A stretch of DNA of 64,000 bases. It comes from a virus. A model generated the notes under the pieces. That model was not told where the DNA came from and searched no databases. It worked only from the letters and a program-made list of their open reading frames with translations. The stretch lies in the IMG/VR virus record IMGVR_UViG_3300033067_001533; one strand, given 5' to 3'. A program made the translations under genes and the position numbers. This document shows positions 63,686-64,000 of the stretch, one piece after another. Position 1 is the first letter of the stretch, and each line of letters opens with the position of its first letter.

Positions 63686-64000
63686 TTAAAAATTTTCATT
63701 ATTTATTATACAATCATAATTGATAAAGTTTCCAAACTGCTCACTATCTGCCTGGATTCTACGTTCAATTGTATCATCTTTATCATTTCGTTGATGTAAT
63801 CTTGCTCTTCTAGTTTCTTCTGGAATGTCTAGATAGATTACAAATAATCTTTCACGATATTCATCAGCTAGTAAATTTACAGCTTCTGCGTTTAAAATCA
63901 TTACATCACATCTTTCAAATTCATCCTTTGTTAAGCCATACTTCCAACCATTAAAATCTTGCCATTCAACAAATTCTCCTCTTTCGATCTTAGCGTCAAA
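63686..64000 (-). CDS. guanylate-kinase-like nucleoside monophosphate kinase, partial (N-terminus beyond window end)
   Basis: Reading frame open to position 64000; ...ERGEFVEWQDFNGWKYGLTKDEF resembles GMP kinase (E)GEFLEWAEV.GN.YGT block. Confidence 0.45.
   Translation of the reverse strand, partial: FDAKIERGEFVEWQDFNGWKYGLTKDEFERCDVMILNAEAVNLLADEYRERLFVIYLDIPEETRRARLHQRNDKDDTIERRIQADSEQFGNFINYDCIINNENF

Noticed and set aside
1-64000. CRISPR array or integrase / transposon search
   Set aside because: No regularly spaced direct repeats with unique spacers were seen, and no recombinase or transposase motifs. The repeated elements are promoter motifs at gene starts, not a CRISPR array.

Overview
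This window is an AT-rich (~35% GC), very gene-dense stretch of a large virulent phage genome. Essentially every gene is on the minus strand.

Host assignment is tentative. Lipoprotein signal peptides of the LTSC/FTAC type, an ECF-like sigma-70 family factor and a Chlamydia/Bacteroidota-type Hc1 histone-like protein suggest a Bacteroidota (Flavobacteriia-like) host.

The window is mostly an accessory / host-takeover region rather than a structural or replication module:

- Two tRNA gene clusters: a small one at about 13.79-14.35 kb and a large one at about 52.39-57.68 kb, 23 tRNA genes called in total. The large cluster is interleaved with atypical T-arm-bearing tRNA-like elements.
- A tRNA maintenance set: Thg1-like protein, CCA-adding enzyme, GatB/YqeY-domain protein, DEDDh exonuclease.
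- A nucleotide / NAD(+) / ADP-ribose set: NAMPT/NadV, PRPP synthetase, LOG, Macro domain, class I GATase, deoxyribosyltransferase-like protein, a guanylate-kinase fragment at the window edge.
- A Mesh1/SpoT-type HD (p)ppGpp hydrolase.
- A Fpg/Nei DNA glycosylase.
- A lysis region: PG-binding amidase endolysin with holin-like and spanin-like neighbours.
- A 1068-aa collagen-like tail fibre, preceded by an HNH endonuclease, a papain-like C1 peptidase and an LRR lipoprotein.
- A phage-encoded sigma factor.

The most striking feature is an ATP-dependent DNA ligase gene split across three ORFs by a split intein. The N-terminal ligase part carries an N-intein fragment, the C-terminal ligase part carries a C-intein fragment, and a free-standing Vsr-like homing endonuclease ORF sits between them.

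A roughly 45-nt conserved promoter-like element (core GTGTAAATATAACTATAATATTTGAACCGTGAAAACTTT on the plus strand) precedes at least 22 genes or operons. It occurs with two alternative upstream modules, or with an embedded terminator hairpin.

I did not see a CRISPR array or an integrase.

I derived the coordinates of tRNAs and motifs by hand and they may be off by a few nucleotides; coordinates taken from the ORF track are authoritative.
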